Of a DNA stretch of 30,715 nucleotides, positions 8,899-16,653 are shown one piece after another. Numbering within the stretch: position 1 is the stretch's first letter; each line of letters begins with the position of its first letter. The DNA is from a virus. Taxonomy: Duplodnaviria; Caudoviricetes. The notes beneath the pieces were generated by a model. That model was not told where the DNA came from. It ran no database searches and saw only the letters and a program-made list of their open reading frames with translations. The stretch lies in the IMG/VR virus record IMGVR_UViG_3300033402_000608, positions 1 to 30,715 of that record; one strand, 5' to 3'. Both the position numbers and the translations under genes were made by a program.

Positions 8899-11800
8899 CT
8901 ACTGCATGCGGTACTGGATGGTCACATTTGCGTCGGCGGGTGAAGTTGTGCAGCCCGCCGCGGCCGTTTGCACGCTCAACGTCAACGGCGTCCCGGCCGC
9001 GTAGTTCTGCGCGATGGTGCCGGAATCGTTGGCCGCACCGGAAATCGTTACGTTGACGGGGTTAGTGCCGTCCGTGAGCCGCACCACCGCGTTGGTCGTG
9101 CACCCGGCCGGCGCCGTCTTCGCCTGCACTTGCACCCGCGTAACCGTGACACCCTTATCGGGCGTCCACGTCGAACCCGTCCACGTCGAAGTCAACGCAC
9201 TGGGAAGGAAGATGTTTTGTTCGCCGCGAGGAGAAGCCGTGAGGGCTTCACTGCCCAGATGGAGTTTGTACGTGGAAAGTCCGTTCGAGGAGAGTAGAGA
9301 AGACCCCGCGTAATTGGTGCCGTACTGTCCCGAGCCGCTGCAGTACGCGCCCGCGGAACTGTCAATTTCCGTTCCTCCCGGTGTAGAGATACCCGGCACG
9401 GGGCAGCTCGCTCCGTTGTTCAGGATTGCGTTGTAGGAATCGCGGTATACGTTCACGCCGACAGCGCCGTTCGGAAAAGTTGCCGGGGCGGTGATGGTCA
9501 CGGTCTGGTTGCCGCTGGTGGTCGTCGCGGAAATGGCTGGTCCCCACGATGTCTCGTTGCCGTCCGCGTCCACAGCGGTCAAGCGGTACGTGTGCGTCCC
9601 GACGGGGACTAAGCCGCCAGCACTCACCGTGGCGCTTGCTGGCGCTCCGGGAGGAGTCATTATGTACGCGACGTGCGAGGCGTTCTGCAGGCGGGTATTC
9701 CAGTTCAACTGGTCGGTGAACGAGTCTTGGGCGTAAGTCACTATGCCATTGTTGGCGCCGAGATAGGAGCAGGGAACGCCGAAGACTTGGATGCCATTGT
9801 ATTGCGTGCCCGTGTTGCCAACCTCAAAAAGAGGTTGGTAGCCCGTCGCGCACGCCGCGTTGGTGATGAGAATGTCCGCGTTGCCTGCCACATTCGTGAT
9901 GTCAAATGCCGGGGTCGCAAACCCGCCGAGCGGGTCGGCGTAACTAAAATCGTAGACGTTGAAACCCGCTCCGGGGCCTGGATAGTTCACGCGAATTCCC
10001 GGACCGTAGCCATTCTCCGTGAGCATTTCGGTGAACGTCCAATGCCCAAACCCGGCGCTCATGTAACTCGGTTGGCAACCATCGATCAGCAGGCCTCCGT
10101 AGATGGAAGTGAGGTAGGTGTAGCCGATGGAGGGGAACGATGCGTAGGCTTGTTCGCCCGTGCCGCAGTTGGTGGTGAACAATGCCGCCGTTGGTGTCGT
10201 GAAATCGTTCGCGCTCGTTTGCCAGATGCCGCGCGTCCAGAACCGCCCGAAGCCCGCCTTGGCGACGTAAACGTTGGAGTAGCCGTTCGTGTTGACAAGG
10301 TACACATCGTCGTAGCGGAAGTCGGTGGGACCATCGCCGTTCGAGGCTTCGTCTTCGTAGAGACAGGTCTGGTAGCCCTGGTTGCAGGTGATTTTGAGGT
10401 TGGCAAGAAAATCGTTGGTTGAAGACTGTCCGTTGATGTAGATCATCGGATAGGCGTAGCCCGCGATGAGCGTCAGGGGGGCTTCAAAGTAACCCGACCC
10501 CACGGACAGTTGGCCCCCGGCCCCGCCGCGCATCGTGATATTACGTCCAAGCTGCATGGGAGCGTTCAGCCAGAGTTCGCTCTGAAAATCAATCTCCGTT
10601 CCTCCGGGGCAGTTTGCCGCCGGGCCCCCTAGCGGAGTCGAACCAAAGCTGAAGTAGGATGAGAATGGGGCGTAATTGTAGGCCCCGGCTCCCGGTGTTG
10701 CGGGCGCAAACAGGATTGGCGCACCCGTGTTCGCCGGGATTGCCGCGCACGCGGCCTTGATGATTGGTGCGTTGTCATGCTTCACAACCGCGCCGGAAAC
10801 CGCATTCGTGGCTGCTGCCGCCAGCGTCAGAGTCGTCGTTCCGCCTCCCGAAGTAATCGTTGTCGAGAGCCAGCCATTCGATGTAGCTGTGGGAGCAGTT
10901 TGGAAAGCGTCCCCATTGTCCACGTTCGCCGCGCTCACCGTATAGCCGCGGTCGAGGAAATAACTGTCCTGCCCCTGCGCCACGCCCACGAGGTTGTAGT
11001 TGGCCGCATTCGCCGGGAGCGCGCAGGAACTGCCCGTGCAGCGATAGATGAGGTGCTTCAGAACGGTGTAGGTAGCCGGAGCGGCCCATTTCACCGCTAC
11101 CTGTCCCGCCACGCGAGCGTTGCCATACGTCACCGTGCCGCTGGTATCCGCCACGCCATACTGGTTATAGGTGAACGTGCTGCCGGAGGCCGAGGTCAGG
11201 GTGAACGCGCCCTCGAAGCCACGGTCGCCCGTGGAATAGCTCTGAATCTCAATCTGCGAGCCGTTGATGAAGTTGTGCGCCGCCGAAGTCGTGCAGGTCA
11301 CAACACCCGAAGCGCGATTGCAAGTTGAAATGGTATTCGTCTGCATCCCCAGCGTGGCCACTGCGTTCGCGACGCTACCCGCCGCGCTACAGGCCGTGCG
11401 CCCGTTCATGTAGTCTTCGTCCACCACGCAGTAGTAATAGGTTGTCGAACCGGTTGCGCCCACAGCCGCCGCTGTCACGGTCGTTGGCGTCGCAATCGTG
11501 GGCGTCGGGCCGGCGCCAAGAACCACCACGCCCTGTCCGTTAGCGAAATCTAGCGCGCTTGCCAGCGTCAGCGTCGAGGACGAAGCCGACATGGTTCCGG
11601 TCGTCCCGTTTCGGTAGTACGTGGGGCTGGTGTACCAGCCAAATTTTCTTAGATCATAGTAGGGATTCGGTCCGCCAAACTGCGTGTCGGCGTTGAAACT
11701 CTGCTGCGCCGTGAACGTGTTCGGCGTATTCGTCTGCGCGCCGCTGGCGGTCGCAATCGGACCCACCTCCGTCCCGGTTTCGTCCTTGTAATACAGCCGC

Positions 11801-12378
11801 TTGTCCACCGTCTTGGTGTACAAATTCACGGAGCCCGCACTCGGCGTGCCCGGCGGCGTGCTTTGATTCGAGAGGCTCAGCGTGCCGCTGGCCATATTCC
11901 CGGCCACCGTGGTACTGCCATTCACCGTCAGGTTGCCGGTGAGGCTCAAGGTAAACGCGTTGATCGCACCCGTTGAAGAAATGCTGCTGAATATTGGCGA
12001 GGAAGGATCGCTTGGTAGAATCACATTTGGCAATTGCTTGGTGGTAATTCCGGGGCCGGAGATCTCGATCTCATATCGCCCCGGCGCGGCGTAAAACGTG
12101 TAGTTCCCCATGCCATCCGAGGTCGTGGGATTTGCGAGCGCCTGCGTGAGAAGCGGATCGGAATAAATGAGCGCCAGCGGCGTGCACGGCTGCCCGCTCG
12201 CCGGCATCGCGCACACCCGGACCGTCGCACCGGCCAGCGGCACACCGCGCGAATTGAATACAATGTCGTCTTTGCGCGAGCCCTGCCCCTGTGCCGGCCC
12301 TACCACTCCCGGCAACACGTGCAGCGCCAGCGCCAATATCGCCCACAACATACCCATACTGACTTTTGATCGTATCAT
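8899..12378 (-). CDS. Tailspike/tail-fibre-like protein with apparent N-terminal signal peptide
   Basis: From ATG 12378: MIRSK + hydrophobic core + AQG; then a tailspike anchor-like domain (GVPLAGATVRVC..IYSD..LANP..DGMGNYTFYAAPGRY), Thr/Gly-rich beta repeats, DNAPIIKAA beta-helix cap and Fn3-like end. Confidence 0.7.
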   Translation of the reverse strand: MIRSKVSMGMLWAILALALHVLPGVVGPAQGQGSRKDDIVFNSRGVPLAGATVRVCAMPASGQPCTPLALIYSDPLLTQALANPTTSDGMGNYTFYAAPGRYEIEISGPGITTKQLPNVILPSDPSSPIFSSISSTGAINAFTLSLTGNLTVNGSTTVAGNMASGTLSLSNQSTPPGTPSAGSVNLYTKTVDKRLYYKDETGTEVGPIATASGAQTNTPNTFTAQQSFNADTQFGGPNPYYDLRKFGWYTSPTYYRNGTTGTMSASSSTLTLASALDFANGQGVVVLGAGPTPTIATPTTVTAAAVGATGSTTYYYCVVDEDYMNGRTACSAAGSVANAVATLGMQTNTISTCNRASGVVTCTTSAAHNFINGSQIEIQSYSTGDRGFEGAFTLTSASGSTFTYNQYGVADTSGTVTYGNARVAGQVAVKWAAPATYTVLKHLIYRCTGSSCALPANAANYNLVGVAQGQDSYFLDRGYTVSAANVDNGDAFQTAPTATSNGWLSTTITSGGGTTTLTLAAAATNAVSGAVVKHDNAPIIKAACAAIPANTGAPILFAPATPGAGAYNYAPFSSYFSFGSTPLGGPAANCPGGTEIDFQSELWLNAPMQLGRNITMRGGAGGQLSVGSGYFEAPLTLIAGYAYPMIYINGQSSTNDFLANLKITCNQGYQTCLYEDEASNGDGPTDFRYDDVYLVNTNGYSNVYVAKAGFGRFWTRGIWQTSANDFTTPTAALFTTNCGTGEQAYASFPSIGYTYLTSIYGGLLIDGCQPSYMSAGFGHWTFTEMLTENGYGPGIRVNYPGPGAGFNVYDFSYADPLGGFATPAFDITNVAGNADILITNAACATGYQPLFEVGNTGTQYNGIQVFGVPCSYLGANNGIVTYAQDSFTDQLNWNTRLQNASHVAYIMTPPGAPASATVSAGGLVPVGTHTYRLTAVDADGNETSWGPAISATTTSGNQTVTITAPATFPNGAVGVNVYRDSYNAILNNGASCPVPGISTPGGTEIDSSAGAYCSGSGQYGTNYAGSSLLSSNGLSTYKLHLGSEALTASPRGEQNIFLPSALTSTWTGSTWTPDKGVTVTRVQVQAKTAPAGCTTNAVVRLTDGTNPVNVTISGAANDSGTIAQNYAAGTPLTLSVQTAAAGCTTSPADANVTIQYRMQ

Positions 12379-12555
12379 GTGCTTCGCAGTCCTGTAGCTC
12401 AGACCTTCAGACCTGAGGTTTCTCTCTTGCCAGCTGGCAATGACAACTCCGGCTTCAGCGCCAGCCGCGACCACCAATTCGGGAGCGGCCTCCAAGAACC
12501 GTCTCCTGGTCGCGGATATCTGATCGCCGATATCCCTGATCCGACTTCCAGCGCC

Positions 12556-12903
12556 CTACAACAGTTTCCTCGCCGTGATGCTGAGCTGAACAATGTCCGA
12601 CGTCACGGTCGTCGGATACGCCCCCGCGCTCAGCTCCGTTCCTCCGCCGAGAAAGCATTTCAGCTTCCAGGTGTTCAGCGCGCTTCCCTGGACGGCCGTG
12701 TAGTACATGCTATTGCCGTTCTGGCTTCCGGCAAACGCCTGCACGATCGTATCCGACGGCAACTGGTTCGCCACCTGCGTGAAATCCAGCGTGTCTCCGC
12801 CCGTCGTATAATTTCCCGAGAACGTCAGCGTCGCCACCGCATACACAAAATTGCTTGCGCTGCTGTCCACGTTCAGTGGCGACAGCGAAATCGTAATTGC
12901 CAT
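12556..12903 (-). CDS. Small beta-rich virion protein (putative decoration/cement)
   Basis: 115 aa, GAGGGG RBS, FSGNYTTGGD motif, between adaptor and tailspike. Confidence 0.6.
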   Translation of the reverse strand: MAITISLSPLNVDSSASNFVYAVATLTFSGNYTTGGDTLDFTQVANQLPSDTIVQAFAGSQNGNSMYYTAVQGSALNTWKLKCFLGGGTELSAGAYPTTVTSDIVQLSITARKLL

Positions 12904-12984
12904 TCCCGCACCCCTCTCCTAGATGAAAACCGTGTTGCTGAAAACTCTTTACTTGAAACTTAAAACCGACAACTGAAAACGCTC

Positions 12985-13707
12985 TCAAAACGGCGTATAT
13001 CCGCTCCTCGTCGAAAACGGACGCCGCCTGCGGCCGCTCTGCTGCTCCCTCCGCACCGCCGCTACGACCAAGTCCTCGATCGCGTCGCTCGCCGCATCGT
13101 CCCACTTCTCTGCCAGCGGACTGCCCCTTGCCCATCCCGCCAGTGCTGCCGTGGCATACGCCAGCGCTTCCTGGGCGTTGCGCACCAGCACCGGTGAGGT
13201 CGCATCCGTGAAATCGGGATACGCTTTCAAATACCGCAAGCGGATCTGCGTGTCCTGCGTCGCTCCCAGAAACCACAGTCCGTCGGCGCGCCATTCCCAC
13301 ACGCTCAGGGTGACGTCCTGCACGCGGGAGGGCAGCCCGCCGTGCCTGGTCAGGTCCACCATCTCGTCAAACTCTTGTGTGGACAAATTCGGCCGCTCCC
13401 AAAGTTTCAGCGGCACCAGCAGGTCCGTCGGGAGCTGATTCGGCGGTGCGCTGGCGTCGCTCAGCGACACCTGCAGCGAAGCATCCTGCTCCGCCACCGC
13501 CGTCACCACCAACAGCACGTCATCCTGGATGAATCCCCCGCCGCCGGCGTTCCCAATCGCGCGCTGCACCTTGCGATAAGCGGAATTCAGATACGGCAAG
13601 AGCAAGGTATCCGTGAACAGGTTTCCCTGGGCATCATTCAGCAGCGACCTCACCAGTGACGTTATCTGCCCCGCCGTGTTATACGCACTCGATCCAACTA
13701 CGGGCAT
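12985..13707 (-). CDS. Head-tail adaptor (podovirus gp4/gp11-like)
   Basis: N-term TAGQITSLVRSLLND..FTD..LLPYLNSAY helix, LPTDLL motif, helical C-term; GGAG RBS before ATG 13707. Confidence 0.65.
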   Translation of the reverse strand: MPVVGSSAYNTAGQITSLVRSLLNDAQGNLFTDTLLLPYLNSAYRKVQRAIGNAGGGGFIQDDVLLVVTAVAEQDASLQVSLSDASAPPNQLPTDLLVPLKLWERPNLSTQEFDEMVDLTRHGGLPSRVQDVTLSVWEWRADGLWFLGATQDTQIRLRYLKAYPDFTDATSPVLVRNAQEALAYATAALAGWARGSPLAEKWDDAASDAIEDLVVAAVRREQQSGRRRRPFSTRSGYTPF

Positions 13708-13746
13708 TGTCCATTCTCCCGTCAAAGCATCGAAGTTCTTATCAGC

Positions 13747-13775
13747 TTGACATTATTACTATATACATATACATA
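13747..13775 (+). promoter_or_regulatory. Probable promoter of the tRNA-like gene
   Basis: TTGACA at 13747 followed by AT-rich TATACATATACATA; no exact consensus -10 at 17 nt. Confidence 0.45.
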
Positions 13776-13796
13776 CGAGCGGGGTCGGCGCGTCTC

Positions 13797-13885
13797 GGAG
13801 AATGCTCCCAGTGGGGGTACTGGACGCGCCTCTCAAGCGCTGAAGGCTGGCAACAGCCCCATGGGTTCGAGTCCCACATTCTCCG
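13797..13885 (+). tRNA. Allo-tRNA-like gene (8/4 fold), Ser-type body with CUC (Glu) anticodon
   Basis: Acceptor GGAGAATG/CATTCTCC (8 bp); D arm CCAGTG-GGGG-TACTGG; anticodon arm GCGC-CTCTCAA-GCGC; long variable arm GGCTG-GCAA-CAGCC; T arm TGGG-TTCGAGT-CCCA (4 bp); discriminator G; CCA not encoded. Confidence 0.8.
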
Positions 13886-13928
13886 TACCGCTTTCAGCGC
13901 GCCCAGAGCAACGCCCCCATAAGTACTC

Positions 13929-13957
13929 TTGACTAGTGCTTCATAGAGCCATAAACT
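13929..13957 (+). promoter_or_regulatory. Sigma70 promoter for the sRNA
   Basis: TTGACT(13929-13934)-N17-TAAACT(13952-13957). Confidence 0.75.
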
Positions 13958-13963
13958 CGAACT

Positions 13964-14032
13964 GCTTGAGAGGCGTGTCCAGCGCACGCAGTGGTTTTCG
14001 GGGCAGTCTTTACTGACTGCCCCTTTTTGTTT
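13964..14032 (+). ncRNA. Predicted ~70-nt sRNA antisense to the anticodon arm of the upstream tRNA
   Basis: GCTTGAGAGGCGTGTCCAG (13964-13982) pairs with tRNA 13820-13838 (18 Watson-Crick pairs + 1 G:U); bounded by its own promoter and terminator. Confidence 0.7.
14000..14032 (+). terminator. Intrinsic terminator
   Basis: GGGGCAGTC-TTTACT-GACTGCCCC followed by TTTTTGTTT. Confidence 0.85.
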
Positions 14033-14259
14033 CACTTCGAGTCCGGCAACGGCGACTTCTGCAAATAGGCCGCCACGCCAATCACCGCGTTGATCAGTGC
14101 TGCGGCCGTTCCAATCCGGACTGTCGCTCCCATTCCGGCCTGCAAATTAAAATGCGCCGGATCGATCCCCACCGCCGCCAGCCCGGTCATCACCCCACCG
14201 GCAGCTCCGCTAATCCCCGCCGCCACGATTCCCTTTAGCCAAACATGAAGCCGATTCAT
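14032..14259 (-). CDS. Holin-like small membrane protein
   Basis: 75 aa, two hydrophobic segments, YLQKSPLP tail, GGAG RBS. Confidence 0.55.
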   Translation of the reverse strand: MNRLHVWLKGIVAAGISGAAGGVMTGLAAVGIDPAHFNLQAGMGATVRIGTAAALINAVIGVAAYLQKSPLPDSK

Positions 14260-14437
14260 GAGTTCTCCAGTTGGGCGAAATGAAGCAAAGGAGGGAAATG
14301 AGGTACGGGAGATAAATGAGGCAATTGACGGAAAGGCTGGAGAGCGATAAATCGCACGCGATATTGTTCCCCTTAATGGTGCCCGCTACCTCGACTCCTT
14401 TACATCCTCTGCCTCTCAACTTCCTTTGCTTCCCTCT

Positions 14438-15166
14438 TCATTTCACTGTTACAAACGGCTGCCCGTGCAGCGCCGGCGCCGCGTCATCCATTAAGGTGTA
14501 GGCCCACTCCTCGTACTTCCGCTCTTCGCGCGATTCCCTTTCGTACAACATTCCCCGCTGTTTCGCCTTCGGGAAACGCTTCGCCCATTCGACCGCTCGC
14601 GCCACGTGCTCCACAATCGTCGGCGTCAACTGCACAAAATCGCCCTTCGGCCCTTGCAGCGTAAAACAATGCTCGTACTCGCCCCGCTCCGGATACGGGC
14701 CCAGCGCCGGCACGCTGGCTCCATTCGCGGTCTCCACCGTGTTCGCGTACCATTCCCGCGGGGACCCATACGTTTCCGGAGGCACCCAGCGTTCCACGTG
14801 CCAACGGTTCACCTGCGGATATTTCGGCTCCAGCCGCAATTCCACTATTTCCCGCACCAAATCCCCGTGCGCACCGCGGTCCTCGAACTTCCCGCCAATC
14901 CATGCCAACCGGTTCCAGCCCCAAACTACACGATAGTTGGGCTCGCCGAAGCGATTCCGTCCCCCGGCAGCTTCTAGACGCCGCGTAACCTCGTCTGGCG
15001 TCTCGTGCGTCTCTCGTACGACCTGGATCTTTCCCACCAAATTTTGAAGATTGTCATTCCGAGCGGAGTCCCGGCGTCTTTCGCCGGGACGTAGCCGAGG
15101 AATCGCGGCAAGCCCTTTCGGCTCAGCCGCGATCCCTCGACTCGCTTCGCTCACTCGGGATGACAC
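14438..15166 (-). CDS. Conserved phage hypothetical protein downstream of capsid (N-terminus overlaps a palindromic repeat; start uncertain)
   Basis: GGRNRFGEPNYRVVWG, PKYP..RWHVERW, GPYPERGEYE motifs; first ~40 aa are repeat-derived. Confidence 0.7.
   Translation of the reverse strand: MSSRVSEASRGIAAEPKGLAAIPRLRPGERRRDSARNDNLQNLVGKIQVVRETHETPDEVTRRLEAAGGRNRFGEPNYRVVWGWNRLAWIGGKFEDRGAHGDLVREIVELRLEPKYPQVNRWHVERWVPPETYGSPREWYANTVETANGASVPALGPYPERGEYEHCFTLQGPKGDFVQLTPTIVEHVARAVEWAKRFPKAKQRGMLYERESREERKYEEWAYTLMDDAAPALHGQPFVTVK
15052..15165. repeat. REP/RPE-like palindrome family A (GTCATYCCGARCG...GAGGRATC); other copies 17334-17408, 21642-21692, 22414-22482, 26506-26557, 30386-30465
   Basis: Terminal inverted repeat TGTCATTCCGAG..CTCGGGATGACA with internal hairpins; six related copies in the window. 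Confidence 0.85.
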
Positions 15167-15175
15167 GGGTCACTC

Positions 15176-16444
15176 TTAGTAGCCGCTTGGCCGCGCCAGC
15201 GTATCGATATACGCGCCACTGCGCGGGCTGTCCGAAAACAATTGAAAAGACGTGTCAAAATAAAAGATGTAAGACGCGGCCAGTCCGCCGCTTGCCCCGT
15301 AAATCGGGAACACCGTGTTGCCATTGACCTCGTAAAAATCAATGTCCTTCAACACGGCGCGGCCCCAGTGCGCCAGATCCAGGAAGTCCACGCGCGTCTG
15401 GTCCGCGTTTACGCTGGACTTGATGGGAATGCCGCTCATAGTCTTTCGTCCCGTGAACAGCAGATCCAGGTCGTTGGCGCTTCCGCCGCCGCCTTCCTTG
15501 ATGATGGAACTCACCGTGATGCCCAGATTTTCCCAGGCATGCTCCTGCTCAACCGCCATGTACGCGATGAGCTTGCTCAGATGATTGATCCCCAACGCCT
15601 TGCGCACCTTGTTGATCGCCAGGCGCACGTTGGCGGGCGTCAGCGCCGCGTTACCCGCGTTCACGCGCGGCGTCTGCAGTTGCACCGGATAAGTCGCCCG
15701 GTTTAGGTTCAGCCAGGTTCCCGTGGTGGAATTGTTCTGGTGATACTTGATTCCATACAACGAAACCGGCTGCGCCCCGCTCAATCCGTCATGCACGATC
15801 ACGTCCGTCGCCACCGTCCCTGTGGGAACGTTGTCCACGGTGATTTGCTGTGTGGTGATCGGATCCGCCGTCACCACGTTGGTTGTCACGCTTGCCGCGA
15901 TGTTGCGGTTGGTCGTCAACGTGGTGTCGTAAATCTGAATTGTTTGTCCGGGATACACCAGCGCCGCGCCGCAGGGCACCGTCATCGTGAAGGTTGTCCC
16001 GCTCACCGCGCTGATCGTGCCCAGGACACCGTTCCCGGCCGTCTGGATCAGCTTGTCGAGGAACGCGCGAAACTGCTTCATTCCGTTGGCCACTTCGCGC
16101 TTGGCCGCGTTTTCAATGGCGCGTTCCCTTCCGGTCGTCGCGTATTCCACCAGCTTCGTGATTTCAATCGCGAAGCGGAAGAAAATCGGCGACACCTGCG
16201 CCACGTCGTACTGTGTTCCCGAGCCGCGGCCCAGGTCGCCTCCGTCTGCGTTGTACGACCCGGCCTTCCCGCCGGGATTGACCTGCAACGGCAGGCGCAA
16301 GTTACGTGAAGAGATTTTCTCCACGTCGCCGCGCTGCTGGATCATCGTCAAAAGAATGTCGTCGCGCTCATACAGCAAAGGTACCTTGTCGCGCACCTTC
16401 TCGAGCTGCAACGCGATGACATTCGCGTTTTGCTGTGCTGGCAT
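15176..16444 (-). CDS. Major capsid protein (HK97 fold expected)
   Basis: 422 aa, AAGGAG RBS, follows scaffold; size, position and GLSG..LYGIKY..GTWLNLNR segment typical of podovirus-type coat proteins. Confidence 0.75.
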   Translation of the reverse strand: MPAQQNANVIALQLEKVRDKVPLLYERDDILLTMIQQRGDVEKISSRNLRLPLQVNPGGKAGSYNADGGDLGRGSGTQYDVAQVSPIFFRFAIEITKLVEYATTGRERAIENAAKREVANGMKQFRAFLDKLIQTAGNGVLGTISAVSGTTFTMTVPCGAALVYPGQTIQIYDTTLTTNRNIAASVTTNVVTADPITTQQITVDNVPTGTVATDVIVHDGLSGAQPVSLYGIKYHQNNSTTGTWLNLNRATYPVQLQTPRVNAGNAALTPANVRLAINKVRKALGINHLSKLIAYMAVEQEHAWENLGITVSSIIKEGGGGSANDLDLLFTGRKTMSGIPIKSSVNADQTRVDFLDLAHWGRAVLKDIDFYEVNGNTVFPIYGASGGLAASYIFYFDTSFQLFSDSPRSGAYIDTLARPSGY

Positions 16445-16568
16445 TGTTGTTTCTCCTTAGATGTGCTGCCCCGCTTCAGAAGGGCAGGCAGGCGTCTTGC
16501 GAGAAGGCGCCAAAACTTCGTTTTCGCGCACGGCAAATCCGAGCGCCCTGCGGCTTTTCGGTTGCTTT

Positions 16569-16603
16569 TGTGGCACAGGCACTCATGCCTGTGCTCTTGG
16601 GTT
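16569..16603. repeat. Palindrome family B (TGTGGCACAGnCACTCnTGnCTGTGCTC); other copies 17825-17852, 22602-22636, 26571-26605
   Basis: Four near-identical hairpins with covarying stem bases. Confidence 0.85.
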
Positions 16604-16653
16604 GTCTTTTCTGTGAACTCTGCGCGCTCTGTGATCTCTGCGTTGAACTCTTC

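Noticed and set aside
12379-12495. N-terminal extensions given by the ORF track (tailspike from 12495; also 19238, 28209, 28708, 29733)
   Set aside because: They run through repeats or overlap neighbouring genes; downstream starts with better RBS or domain boundaries were preferred
13797-13885. tRNA-Sec (selC), suggested by the 8-bp acceptor, long D stem and a TCA triplet in the loop
   Set aside because: The stem register GCGC/GCGC centres CTC, not TCA; the T stem is 4 bp rather than 5; no sel genes nearby
14270-14445. Purine-rich and pyrimidine-rich ~9-nt periodic tracts as a structured ncRNA
   Set aside because: Only loose complementarity; resembles other low-complexity intergenic tracts (16605-16650, 22730-22810, 28185-28230)
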